From assembly GCF_000143415.4 (NCBI RefSeq), contig NW_003314320.1, positions 618,586 to 682,585 on the forward strand: DNA of 64,000 bases, read 5' to 3'. This DNA comes from Selaginella moellendorffii. Lineage: Eukaryota > Plantae > Lycopodiophyta. The notes beneath the pieces are model-generated. The model made no database searches. It was not told the DNA's origin and worked only from the letters and a program-made list of their open reading frames with translations. The first letter of the stretch is position 1; each line of letters begins with the position of its first letter. Positions 16,836-29,405 of the stretch are shown here, piece after piece. The position numbers and the translations under genes were made by a program.

Positions 16836-17959
16836 CTAGTTCCATGGTAGCCTCCGGGATATCACGCTGCTGCCGCAGTACGTGAACAAGTCGGCAATCT
16901 CGGGACAACCTGCTGGATACGGGATGAGCCTCGCAAAAGGATCGCGCTTGATCCGCTTCTTACGAAGTTGTCCAATGCATCCATACGGGTCTTTCCTAAA
17001 CTGTTCTTGTACAAAAAGCTCTCCTCTCGCAGCCGCGGCCGCTGTAGAAATCGCTGGAAGCGTTCCGAGGTATGCAAATCTCTCACGAGGGAACTTCAAA
17101 GCTGCACGATGCAGGGCCACGAATCTGTGCTGCTTGAAATGGTAGCTCACAACCTGGAACACAAGAGATATAAAAACAATCACGTCCAAAAAGGAGCTCT
17201 TACTTACAGTTATATTTTGTGGATACTGTCCAGTGAGTTCTCTAAACCGGCAAATGCTGAAGAGCAAATTCTCGAAACTATCCCTTGCGTATTCTTCTGT
17301 GACTGCTCGATCACGAACGCTGGAAGAATGTCCTGCGAAAAGAAAAGAAAAATCTAAGAACAATGGACCATAGCTAATCAACCAGCGAGAAAAAGATGGA
17401 ACATACCGAACCAGTCATTCGCGTCCGCCACACTCCAGTAGCTCTGAGCTTCACTCCTAGGCCCAGCTTCTTTCCTCGTCTCTCCTCCGCTGAAAAGAAG
17501 TAACGATTGATTGTCTCTAGACGCCGCCTCCACACCTCGATGGATGTGCTCTAGAAACGTAGCAGCCTGTCCAGAGTTTCTCTGATAAGGCTCCAAGAAC
17601 CAAGAGCTCTCCTCGTTTGCCTTGGCACAAATCCTACTCGTGTAGACAGCATGCCCAGCGACCATCACTAGGCTCGTCAATCCAGCAAATGGATGGTTTT
17701 CCATCGCTGGATCGCGAGAATAAGGCAGCAGGATGCCTCCATTCTCCCCTAGATACACCATCAGCAGCAAGATCGAGCCCAGCAGCAGGAAAATCCCCAG
17801 CAATCTCGACGGATCCGGCTTGAAATACCTGTGGATCTTGCGGCTCAAGTAGCGCAGCATCGCGCCCCGGCCGGTGAGAGATCTTCTCCTCCGCCCGCCC
17901 TCTAGATCCGACTCACCTTCGTCGGAGTCGCAGTCATCCGCGTAAGAGAGCAAGCGCAT
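16836..17959 (-). CDS. Conserved membrane-anchored DUF218/Rossmann-like protein (yeast YOR238W-like family)
   Basis: TM segment, then LVMVAGHAVY, LLLFSGGETRKEAGPRSEAQSYW, EEYARDSFENLLFSICRFRELTG, FRKDPYGC, KRDPF. Confidence 0.8.
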
Positions 17960-18037
17960 TCCTCGGTCGCGCTCTCTTTCTCCGCATCAAATTCTCCACG
18001 CCTAGGGTTTTAGGGAAGAACCCTAGTTCTTCTTGCG

Positions 18038-18672
18038 ATGATCCTGTGCGTGGCGATTGTGGGGCAGCAGGTATGCGTGATCCTTGAAAATGTGAGTGGA
18101 ATTCACCTTCTGGATCGATAGAACAATCCGCTCTACCTCCAAAGCTTCGCGGGAGGAGACGATGTGCTCAAATTCCACTACATTGTCCACTGCTCGCTGG
18201 ACGTCTTCGATGAAAAAGGTCTGGTTCTTCATTTCTTCTTTCCTTTCTAGATCTTTCTTCAAGAACTTTCTCTCCAGCGAGTATTTTGCGAAGAACTGGC
18301 ACGAATCTCAATGACAATTTCTTGGGACTCTTGTATCCAGCCGAGGACTACAAAGTGTGAGTTCTTCCCCCTTTTTGTCAATTCCTTTTTTCACTCGACC
18401 TTGGATCACTCGCAGCTATGGCTACATGACGAACACAAGAGTCAAATTCGTGCTTGTTACCTCGGATTTGGAGCTCAAAGATCTCGACATCAAGACTGTA
18501 AGCTTCGATTTTGCTTCCAGATTTTTACAGTTTTTTCCAGTTTTTCCAGCGATTTCACGCTGCGTACATTGACGTAACTTCAAATCCATTCCACGTTCCA
18601 GGCAAGAGAATTGCGTCGCCAATGTTTCGCGATCGAGTGAAAACTATTGTGAGCTCGTTTGGACAATTGTAA
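18038..18672 (+). CDS. TRAPPC2L: TRAPP complex subunit 2-like (sedlin/longin fold)
   Basis: Spliced MILCVAIVGQQNNPLYLQSF...LKFHYIVHCSLDVFDEK...[27 protein letters not shown]...FHAAYIDVTSNPFHVPG; TAA 18670-18672. Confidence 0.9.
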
Positions 18673-18740
18673 TTCCAAGATGACCTAGAATGGACGGCTG
18701 AGATTTGAAGTTCTAAAAAAAGTAAGCAAGTTAAGACAAT

Positions 18741-18769
18741 TAGGGTTCTAGGAGGGCGGCTAGGGTTTT
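18741..18769 (+). promoter_or_regulatory. Telo-box (TAGGGTTT) upstream of RPL19
   Basis: TAGGGTTC...CTAGGGTTTT just before the ATG. Similar boxes lie before SF3A2 (~3271), TFB1 (~7410), TRAPPC2L/DUF218 (~18002), dNK (~27939), ClpP (~29407), D6PK (~42580) and VAD1 (~56975). Confidence 0.7.
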
Positions 18770-18784
18770 GAGAGGAGGAGCGCG

Positions 18785-19771
18785 ATGGTGGCGCTTACGC
18801 TCCAGAAGCGGCTGGCGGCCTCGGTTCTCAAGTGCGGGCAGAAGAAGGTGTGGCTCGATCCCAATGAAGTCAACGAGATCTCCATGGCGAATTCCAGTAA
18901 GTTTGCGGTACCCCATTTCTAGATCTCGTCTCCTCACGCTGGAAATTTCTGTGTCTCGCAGGGCAGAATATCCGGAAGCTCGTCAAGGATGGGCTCATAA
19001 TCAAGAAGCCCCAGAAGATTCACTCTCGCGCTCGCGCTCGCCGCGAGCTGGAGGCCAAGAGGAAGGGTCGCCACTCCGGCAAAGGTGGGTTCTTTTAGCT
19101 CGTACTGGATTTGTTCGATCTAATCTAATTTTCCTTCATCGAATTTGTTCTTTGTTTTTTTATGTTTGAGTTCTTGTTTGATTGATTCTTGGTTGTTTCT
19201 TTTGACTTCTTGGATGTTTTGATTGGTTATCACTCTGATCGATTGCTGGCCTTGGTTTTTCTCGGGTTCTTAGTTGATCTGGATTTTGTATTCTTGTCTT
19301 CGTTGATTTATTCTTAGTTTTGTCACTCTGATCGATTGCTGGGTTCTTAGTTGATCTGGTTTTTCTTTTTCCACTTCTTTGATCCTCTTGATTATTTCTC
19401 GTTTTATCCAACTTTTCTCTGGATTTTCTCTTGACTGACGCTGGTTTTCAGGTAAGAGACACGGTACTCGCGAAGCCCGGCTTCCATCCAAGATCGTCTG
19501 GCTCCGGAGGATGCGTGTTCTTCGCCGTCTCCTTCGCAAGTACCGCGACGCTAAGAAGATAGACAAGCATATGTACCACAGCATGTACATGAAGGTCAAG
19601 GGTAACGTTTTCAAGAATAAGCGCGTCCTCATGGAGAACATTCACAAGTTCAAGGCCGAGAAAGCTCGCGAGAAGACTCTCACTGATCAATTCGAGGCCA
19701 GGCGCGCCAAGAACAAGGCGACGCGGGAGAGGAAGATCGCTCGCCGGGAAGAACGATTGGCACAGAAGTAG
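18785..19771 (+). CDS. RPL19: 60S ribosomal protein L19 (eL19)
   Basis: [28 protein letters not shown]; [18 protein letters not shown]; [25 protein letters not shown]. Confidence 0.97.
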
Positions 19772-20409
19772 AGTTCCTTCATCACTATCAACATGTAAGT
19801 TTTTTCTTTGATCTTTCTTTGCAATTTTGCTCACTCTTTTGAGCTCTCTAGGAACACTGAGCTTGTGATGTTTTGTTCTCGAATGGAGTCGTATTATGAC
19901 TATAGTTTGTACCTTCTCGAAGAATACAAACAATTCGATAAACTATGATGTTCCAAGGCTGGATTGGAAGATATTCGCTTTTAGAAGAGAGGATATTCGC
20001 ATAAGTTCCACCGTCGATGACCCTTTAGATTCCGCTCACATCTGGGCCGCTGGCTCTGGGCGTAGCCGACGGTGGGCGATTGAACCACGTTTTTAGGACG
20101 TATTAAGCAGTGCTCGCTCGTGAGTCCGTGTTGTTGGGAAGCGCAAGGGTCGTTGCCGAGCCGACGCCGACGCGCGTCCAAGCATGGATCTGAGCGATGG
20201 ATCTGCGCTAGCCGGCGGCAGATGATCGCCAGGAATTCCGTGGCGCCGCGGCGTGGATCGCCGCCTGTGAATTGCGCCAGGGGAATTCTAGGGTTCTTGG
20301 AGCGGGATCGCTCTCCCGGAGGTAAGTCGGGCGAGGAATCCGGATTCCTTGCTCAATGTGGATTGCGTTGTGGTGCAGATTTCGGTGCTGGAAATTCCGT
20401 GCGTGATTG

Positions 20410-23297
20410 ATGATCTCGTGCTGCGTCGCCCCCGCGGAGAAGAAGGCGGCCTGCTCAATGGCGAAGCCGATGCCCGGGCATGGACAAGGTACTCCATCCA
20501 GAGTCAATGGCACGCAATTCAAGCCGCCGCTGCCGATTCTCACGGATCCCAGCAGCTCCTCGTCATCGAAATTCTCCGAGCAGTCGCCTCTTGTAGCTCA
20601 TTCAGGGGAGCTCAAGCATCTAAAGCTACCTCCATCGGGCGAGCTCTCGAGAGCCCCATCCCGAGCTCCATCCGTGAGCGTGGAAGTGAACGAGATGATC
20701 GAGGGGAGGAGCAGCGCCGCGAATCCCAACGTGGCTGGAGTTCTCCACAAGTGGGTCAACTTTGGGAAGCGGTGGAGGTCGCGATGGTTCGTACTTCACG
20801 ATGGTGTTCTCTCGTACTACAAGGTTCACGGACCTGATAAGCTTTACGTCAACCAGGAGCTCCAGAAAGGTGTGCGTGTGATTGGAGACGAGGCACAGAA
20901 ACTCATGAGAAAGCCCAGGAAGCACTGGAACGAGAAGAGACCGAGAAAAACTTCTGGTGATGTTCATCTAATGGTACGTGTTTCTTTCTTCTTTCCACGA
21001 TAGACTTGTTCTTCATTTTCTCCCGCCAGGTGGCGTCCATTCGTAAGAGCAAATCCGATGACAAGAAGTTCTACATCTTTACCGGAACAAACTCGTTGCA
21101 TCTGCGAGCAGAATCAAGGGACGACAGAGCTACTTGGCTAGAGGCACTGCAGGCTGGAAAAGATCTTCTTCCGAAGATAATTTGCCTCCAACCGCACGAA
21201 GAAGACTCCATCTCGACGGACGGATTAAGGAAAAGGCTAATCGAAGCGGGCGTCAGCCAGGGAGTCATCAAGGACTGCGAGAACATAATTTTGACGGAGT
21301 TTAGGGAGAAAGTAACGCCACTTCAGCAGAGGTACCTGTTTTTGATGAACAGGTTGAATCAGCTAGAGGTGGTACTCCTTTTCATCCCCTAGATCGTGCT
21401 TATGCTTTTTGTCTTACTTTTTCCAGGCTGAAAAGGTAGAGCTAGAGACAACAGTAGTGGAGGAGTCTCGGAGTCATGAAGATCAGCCACAGGAGAGAGA
21501 TCACGGTATGGAAAAACAGCATGTCAACCATGCTTAAGTTTTATACTTCTGTGTTATTGTAGGCAGTGAATCGGATTCGGAGGAAGACAACGGCAAAATG
21601 CTCGATGCGGAAACTGATGACGATGACGACTTATATTTCGACACAGCCGAATCTCTCTCAGGCTCATTTCGGAGTCCATCGTTTCTTCACCGTCAGTTAT
21701 CAGCTGATCCTTTAGATGGAGGAGACTCGCCTGTACTCAGCACCCCCAGAGCTGTACTTCCTGATCCAGCTATGGAGCTGTTCAGCCAAGACTATCCCAT
21801 CGTTAACAGACGCAAAAAGCTACCGGATCCAAAGGAGAAGGAGAAGGGATTCAGCCTTTGGTCCATTATCAAAGATAATATTGGGAAGGACCTTACGAAA
21901 GTGTGCCTCCCGGTGTATTTCAACGAACCAATTTCCTCGTTGCAGAAGTGTTTCGAGGACCTGGAATACTCTTATCTTCTTGATAGAGCGGCCGTTTGCG
22001 GCCAAATGGTAAGCCCGCCTCCTTGTGATTTTCTCTTCTTAAAAGTTCTATTTGCAGGGTAATAGTCTTCTGAGAATTTTGTACGTCGCAGCGTTTGCGG
22101 TTTCCGGGTATGCATCCACAGATGGTCGAATATGTAAGCCGTTCAATCCTTTGCTAGGAGAAACGTATGAAGCAGACTATCCTGATAAGGGAGTCAAATT
22201 TTTCTCCGAGAAGGTTAGCCAGTCAGTTTTTTTTTCTCTGCTACTTGATGCTGATTTTCTTCGTCTGTACAGGTCAGTCACCATCCCATGGTGGTAGCCT
22301 GTCACTGTGAGGGACGTGGATGGAAACTCTGGGGCGACAGCAATCTAAAGAGTAAATTTTGGGGGCGTTCAATCCAGCTGGACCCCGTAGGAATTTTAAC
22401 CCTGGAATTCGATGACGGAGAAGTTTTTCAATGGTCTAAGGTAGTTCAAACGGCATTTGGATTGGTCTAACACCGTACTTGACAGGTGACCACATCAATT
22501 TACAATCTCATACTAGGAAAGCTTTACTGTGATCACTACGGCACAATGCGCATTCAAGGAAACCGCGACATGTCCTGCAAGCTTAAATTCAAGGAGCTGT
22601 CTATAATTGATCGTAATCCTCATCAGGTCAGGTATTCTATTTCTCGTTTTAAGATTAAGTGCTGAACCTTTCTTTCCAGATTCATGGCTTTGTCTATAAC
22701 AAAGCAAATAAGAAGCTGGCAACGCTTTTTGGGAAATGGGACGGGAGCATGTATTACGTGAACGGAGACCTGGCGACGAAGCCGCGAGGTTATGATCCTA
22801 TGTGCGAAGCGGAACTGCTTTGGGCCCGTAACCTGCCTTCGGATTATCCTACCAGATACAACTTAAGCTCTTTTGCAATCACGGTCAACGAGCTCACACC
22901 AGGACTCGAGGTCTTTCAAAGCATTTATTCGCTCAAGTTCTCATGGTAAAAGCGTGCAGGAGAAGCTGCCACCAACAGATTCCCGACTGAGACCTGATCA
23001 ACGACATTTGGAAAACGGTGAATACGAGCAGGCTAATTCCGAAAAGCTGCGGTTGGAAGGGAAGCAGCGGAGGGTATGTTACGGTTTTTGCATCTTCAAG
23101 GGATGCTCATTCTGTGTCCGTGGTAGCAGGCTAGGAAGTTGCAGGAGAGAGGCTGGCAACCTCGATGGTTTCACAAGGACATTGGATCGAGCACTTTTAA
23201 GTACATAGGTGGGTACTGGGAAGCAAGGTCACAGGGCGACTGGAGCAACTGTCCCGACATTTTTGGACAAAGCTTGCCCGATGATGGGTCTGACTGA
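20410..23297 (+). CDS. ORP: Oxysterol-binding protein-related protein (PH plus ORD; ORP1/2 class)
   Basis: [23 protein letters not shown]; [66 protein letters not shown]. Confidence 0.95.
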
Positions 23298-23677
23298 GGC
23301 TCGATCCCGAAGGATTCTTCTTCAAATTGATAAAAAGATACGTCAATTTTGTTTCTCATATTTCTCGGGCGCTTGCATGCATGCAGTTTCATCGGCTTCC
23401 CATGTTCTTTCGCTCGAAAGTTTTAACATTTGCGTGTCTGTTTCTTAGCCGTTGATGGTAGATGGTTTCAGATGAATGGCCGGTATTATAAGTTTCGTGT
23501 TCAGACGACGCCATCCCTTCGTCTCTGCATGACTGCGGATCTAAACGAGGTAGTATTGCTAAATTTATTTCGTGGCATTGAAAAGTTTTTCTGCGACAGC
23601 AAGCAGGCTCCCAAAAGTGATCGCTCGCAGGAGAAGAATCGAGGATTGGATTAAATGACTCGGTAACAGAGCCGGCA

Positions 23678-25647
23678 ATGGCTTTGTTGGCTGTTTTGAT
23701 CGTCCTGTTGCTGTGCTCGGTGGATGGCTTCAGTCGACGTATCAACAGCATGCCTGGTGTGTTCGAGTTGACACACAGGTACTCAACAAAGCCGGGTTCA
23801 AATAAGAGCACGAATGGAACGGGCATCACGCACGAACATATGCAGCTGCTCAAGGCTCACGATCGGGGACGCATGGTCAAGCTTAAGTCCAGCGCGGTCT
23901 CGTTGCCAGTGGAAGGAGTAGCAGATCCATATATTGCTGGGTAAGTAACTGTAATAACTGTCATACGATTTTCTTATGTTTCCACTGCTAACTATAATTT
24001 CTGGCAGCCTCTACTTCACTCAAGTGCAGCTGGGAACTCCTCCAAGGACATACAATCTTCAAGTGGACACTGGGAGTGACCTCCTTTGGGTTAATTGTCA
24101 TCCGTGCATTGGATGTCCTGCTTTCAGTGACCTCAAGGTGAGACGAGAGTATTTGTGAACTTGTGATTGATGAGGCTCTGTGTAGATCCCGATTGTTCCG
24201 TATGACGTCAAGGCCTCGGCAAGCAGCTCCAAAGTTCCTTGCTCGGATCCGAGCTGCACCTTGATAACGCAAATCTCGGAGTCCGGCTGCAACGATCAAA
24301 ACCAGTGTGGCTATTCGTTCCAGTATGGAGATGGAAGCGGGACCCTCGGATACCTCGTGGAAGACGTTTTGCATTACATGGTGAACGCTACTGCAACAGT
24401 AATCTTTGGGTTTTGATCTTTATCTCTTGCCTCAATTCTGGCGCTTTCACTTACTGGGAGGTGGTGTTGTAGGTGTGGCTTCAAACAATCTGGCGATCTT
24501 TCGACTTCGGAGCGAGCACTAGATGGCATTATTGGATTTGGAGCAAGCGACCTTTCTTTCAACTCACAGCTCGCTAAGCAGGGAAAAACGCCGAACGTTT
24601 TTGCTCACTGCTTGGACGGGGGAGAGAGAGGCGGTGGCATCTTGGTTCTCGGTAATGTGATTGAGCCGGACATCCAGTACACGCCGCTGGTTCCATACAT
24701 GTAGTTTTTACTCAGTAAGAGTTTCTCTACGTTATTTCTCACGAACCAATTTGCAGGAGCCATTACAATGTCGTGCTACAAAGCATATCCGTCAACAACG
24801 CCAACCTCACTATCGATCCCAAGCTCTTCTCCAACGACGTCATGCAAGGGACAATCTTTGACAGCGGCACGACACTGGCCTATCTTCCTGATGAGGCGTA
24901 CCAAGCGTTTACTCAAGCGGTAAGTCTTGTGGTAGCACCTTTTCTACTTTGTGACACTCGTCTGTCAAGATTGTCGACGCCGCTGCTACTCCGCCCATTG
25001 GGGTAACAGGGAACGTATGCTTCGTTGTTCGCGGCAGGCAAGCTAATAGTTTTTATCATTCCGGAGAACTGATGAACTCGCTCGAAAACTTGCAGCATCT
25101 ATAAGCTGTTTCCAAACGTGGTTTTGTACTTCGAGGGCGCGTCAATGACTTTGACACCAGCGGAGTATCTGATAAGACAAGCTTCTGCGGTATGATGTAG
25201 CTTGTGTCTACGTTGCTTAATTGTGTAATTTATTTGTGGAACAGGCCAATGCTCCAATCTGGTGCATGGGATGGCAATCGATGGGATCAGCCGAGAGCGA
25301 GCTTCAATACACCATCTTTGGAGGTATTTCTTTTCCTCCTCGGCGATGACTGCAACCTCATTTTCACAGACTTAGTTCTCAAGAACAAGCTCGTTGTGTA
25401 TGATTTGGAGAGGGGGCGAATTGGATGGCGTCCTTTCGATTGTAAGTTTCTTTCTCTTGTTTAGACCAGATCTTTGTGACGCATTTTTTTTCCAGGCTCG
25501 TCAACCGTGGACGTCTCCACCGACACGGGGGTGAAATCTTTTGGTGGCAGTGGAACGTTTATTCGTGGCCAAGCTTCTGGCAGTAGTAAACTCGGGCAGA
25601 ATGTTTTCTTGGCACTCTTGACCATTTTTTGTGTAATTGTATTGTGA
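23678..25647 (+). CDS. Secreted A1 aspartic protease with probable GPI-anchor signal
   Basis: Signal peptide; catalytic VDTGSDLLWVNC and IFDSGTTLAYLP; DGIIGFG; GDLVLKNKLVVYDL; hydrophobic C-terminus VFLALLTIFCVIVL. Confidence 0.92.
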
Positions 25648-25753
25648 TTTCAAGTAAAAAAAGACCGCGTTTCCAACTTACTGTCAAATACAAAACGTAG
25701 TGGAAAGAAGGAAAGAACAAAAAAAAAAGAAAAGAAAGAAGAAACACCAAGGA

Positions 25754-27899
25754 TTAAGGCCTGAGAACGAGCCCATCGGGGCCGAGAATGGGCCTCCCAG
25801 CTGGCAGCAAAAGATTGTCACGAACGCCGGCTTCCACATTTCGAGTTTGCTTCACGTACTCGAAAAAATCGGCTACTTGTCGAGCATATCTGGCAAACAA
25901 AAAACAAAGAGGAAGAAAACAACGTTTGTGATCAAAGAAACTGTGTGTTTTTTGCTTACTCTGCTTTGGCCTCCACGTCTTTGCTGAAGTCGATCGAAGC
26001 CTCGCAGTCGAGGATCAATGCCGGGACCTGAAAAGAAAGCTTAGAGCTTGCAAACTCTTTAGAACTTTTTCTTCTCACCTCCCGGATGGAAGAGTGGACG
26101 TGATCGCCTTTGAGGTAGAAGACGCGGTCTTTGATCCTGGGCGGCGGCTGGTGGAGAGTTGGAAGCCACTCTTTGACAGACATGACGCTGTTGGGGGACG
26201 GCGTGGTTGGGAACAGCCATTGCTCGTGCTTCTCGTGGAGTCCCTTGAGGTAGTCGAGCGTCACTTTCTGCTCCTCGGGTCTCTTTCGCATCTGGAGCCG
26301 CCGGAGGCAAGCGTCTGGACTGGCTCGCAAGTAGATGAATCCGTCGGGAACCAAACCGGGAAGCTCGGCTACCACCGGGTCGAACCACGAGTCGTAGATG
26401 CTGATCTCCATCTCGCTCATCCACTTTGCTTCGTGCACGGCACGCACAAACACCTGAGCAAGCGACATACCAGCGTAAGTTACTACATCACGAAGAAACG
26501 AAAAACTCTTGGCAGAAGTGAAGAGAAAAACAAAAACTCTCGTCAAAACACGAAAAGAACCCGTTTCAATCAGTCCAGAAGAAAAACTACGAACTAGAAA
26601 CGAAGCAATGCAAGAGAGCTCAAACAAGACTTGAGAGCTTACCATCCTGTCACTGAAGACGCTCCTCTCCATGAGCCTCAAAGGCTTGAGTCCATTCGCG
26701 GATTCACGCTCTTGCATCAGCCGAGTGACGAACACATAGTTCTGAAAAGTGTAGGCGTACCGCGACGGCTCGGCGTAGAAGGCGTCGAGAACATTGAAGT
26801 GCTCCTTCCCGACGTCCTGCCACTTCCCAATCGGCTCCGGGACAACTTCCACGAGATCTCGCAGCTCGAAAGTCTCGTTTGCGATCCGCTGGAGGAAGGT
26901 GGTCTTTCCAACGCTGATGTTGCCCTCCACACAGAAGGTGAGCCTCTTCTTGGCTTGCGAGGCTTGGCCGCTGCTCTCCAGCTCCTTGTCCACGGCATCC
27001 TTGATGAAGGAGGCGATCACATTCGCGTGATTCTTGTGTACTCCCACGGAGGCAACAAGGTATTCCACCAGCTTCTCGGTTCCACCCGTACGAAACTGGA
27101 AACAAAGAAAAACGAAGAGTGAGTTTAAAAATGATTGAGAACAAATAGATAGAATCTAGCGAGTCCAGCCCCTTAGATTAAAAACCATGCATGGATACGT
27201 TTTGATTAACTTGAAGAGATAGTTATGAATCAAAGCCTCGAGAAAACAAAGAAGAGAGAAATCTAGAACTGGAAGCAAACCACAATCTAGCTCTCGGCCT
27301 GGTTACTTAAGACAAAGAAGACCAAATCAATCCAAAAATCTCTCCAAGCCCAAGAGAGAAAGCTAGAACTCTTCTCTACTCAAAAACCAAGGAAAAGAAC
27401 TCTAGACAAAGCGTACCTTGTCACGATAAAGCTGCTTGAGCTCCACAAGCTTCCCTATTCCCTTGGCGACGAGCTTTTCCATATTCCTAGGCCCAATGCC
27501 TTTGACAGTGAGAAGGTCGGGCAGAGGAGCGGCCGCCCTTCGCCTCCTCTCAATCGCCGCCCCCGCCTTGCCGGCGCGCTGGATTTGCTGCCCACTGCTC
27601 TCACTGGATTCACTGGATTCCTCCTTGCTGCTGGCGCCATCGCCCACATCCAAATGCTGGCCCTGCGCGGCGGCGATTTGCGAGCAACGGCGCGTCGTGG
27701 ACAAGAGCGGCGATGCAAAATCCCTAGAAGAAGAACAAGGAGAAGCGGAAGAGACGCTGCGATTGATGCTGCTGCTGCTGGCCTGTGCGAGGGATTTGCG
27801 TGGGAGAAAAGCCTGGAACTGGAAGGATTGCGGCGGCGGCGACGATGGGAAGGCAATGCTCGTCGTCGCTTTCATGAGCGCTCGTGCGATCCCTGGCAT
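25754..27899 (-). CDS. dNK: Multisubstrate deoxyribonucleoside kinase with transit peptide and HhH-like segment
   Basis: P-loop FCVEGNISVGKTTFL; EPIGKWQ; YAYTFQNYVFVTR; RLMERSVFSDR; IYLRASPD; N-terminal DLLTVKGIGPRN. Confidence 0.92.
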
Positions 27900-28634
27900 C
27901 GCTCTCGCTCAAAAACCCATGGATTCAAAACCCCCCAAAACCCTAATGCCAAAGTTCTTCCTTTCTACTGACAAGGAGGATAAAATCTATACACACATTC
28001 CAGGAGCTTTCAACAATATATATATACATGTTTTTGGGGTCATGTAGCAATGGTAGAAAAACTATAGCTACCTAGATGATCTCAGAACAAACACAAACAC
28101 TGTTGAAAAATTCGTTTCGAAATTTTCTATGACTTTCCAAGGTCAATAGAAAGCATGAAAACTTTATGTTTGAGGTTTCTCTTTTTTCTAAGCCTTCCAA
28201 CCATGGTTTTTTACATGCTAGTGCTGGCGTTTGAGATCTTCCTGGTAGCAGGCTGGGCGCTAGTCTTGCTATGGCTCGTTATAATTCGAAGACAGTATTG
28301 AGTTCTTCCCCAAAATATTTAGAAATATGGAGCTCTTCCTTAGAAATCTTCTTCACAAATTGCCAAGAACTAACCTCACCAGTGTTTGCTTGAAGAGCTT
28401 GTAACTTACCTAGAAGCTGAAATACAAAAATTGCTAGCTCCAGTGACAGAGATCTCGCGAACCAAACCATCATAATCATTCCCTTACACAAAAAAATGTG
28501 TTTTGAGAGAGGATTGGAGCATCCTCCAAGACTTCTGGAGAAACTCTCTTTCCCTGATCCAGTTCTTCCAGTTCTTCCATTCCAATCCCTGAGAGTGTGG
28601 AGCTATCCAGAATCAAAGAGCTCACTCACTCACT

Positions 28635-29405
28635 TCACTTGGTAGAAGAAGAAGTGGCAGTGACACTCGCCTTCTCACCACCACCACCAGCGCCGCCACC
28701 AGCGCCGCCACCCTCCGCCGCCGCCTTCACCCCCACACTGTCCGCCACCAGCGACTCCGGCCGCTGGACAATCACCTCATCGATGAGCCCAAACTCCTTG
28801 GCCTCCTCGGGCGACATGAAGTGATCCCTCTCCATGCTCTGGTCGATCTTCTCGATGCTACTCCCCGTGTGCTTGGCGTAGAGCTTGTTGAGCCGGGATC
28901 TCATGTCGAGGATCTCGCGCGCCTGGATCGCGATGTCGCTGGCCTGGCCGCTGGCTCCCCCGGATGGCTGGTGCACCATCACCCTCGCATTGGGCAGCGA
29001 TCGGCGCTGGCCGGGCTCCCCCGCCGCGAGGAGGAGCGATCCCATGGACGCCGCCTGGCCGACGCACAGCGTGCTCACCGGGCTCCGGATGTACTGCATC
29101 GTGTCGTAGATCGCGAGCCCGGCAGTGACGACGCCGCCCGGGGAATTGATGTAGAGGTGGATGGGCTTGAGCGGATTCTCGGACTCTAGGTAGAGGAGCT
29201 GGGCGACGACGAGCGAGGCGGTGTCGTCGGCGATGGGGCCGTGGATGCAGACGATGCGCTCCTTGAGCAGGCGCGAGAATATGTCGTAGGCACGCTCGCC
29301 GCGGGCGGTGTGCTCGATCACCATGGGGATGAGGCCATAAAGGCGGCGCTGGTGGTGGGGGGAGAGAGCGCACCTCGCGGCGTGACGCCATAGCCGGGAC
29401 GCCAT
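28635..29405 (-). CDS. CLPP2: Mitochondrial ATP-dependent Clp protease proteolytic subunit (single-exon CDS)
   Basis: Arg-rich presequence; [27 protein letters not shown]; YINSPGG; catalytic [21 protein letters not shown]. Confidence 0.95.
   Translation of the reverse strand: MASRLWRHAARCALSPHHQRRLYGLIPMVIEHTARGERAYDIFSRLLKERIVCIHGPIADDTASLVVAQLLYLESENPLKPIHLYINSPGGVVTAGLAIYDTMQYIRSPVSTLCVGQAASMGSLLLAAGEPGQRRSLPNARVMVHQPSGGASGQASDIAIQAREILDMRSRLNKLYAKHTGSSIEKIDQSMERDHFMSPEEAKEFGLIDEVIVQRPESLVADSVGVKAAAEGGGAGGGAGGGGEKASVTATSSSTK

Noticed and set aside
19085-19451. Intronic snoRNA in RPL19
   Set aside because: CTGA motifs are present, but no box C (RTGATGA) or terminal stem is seen.
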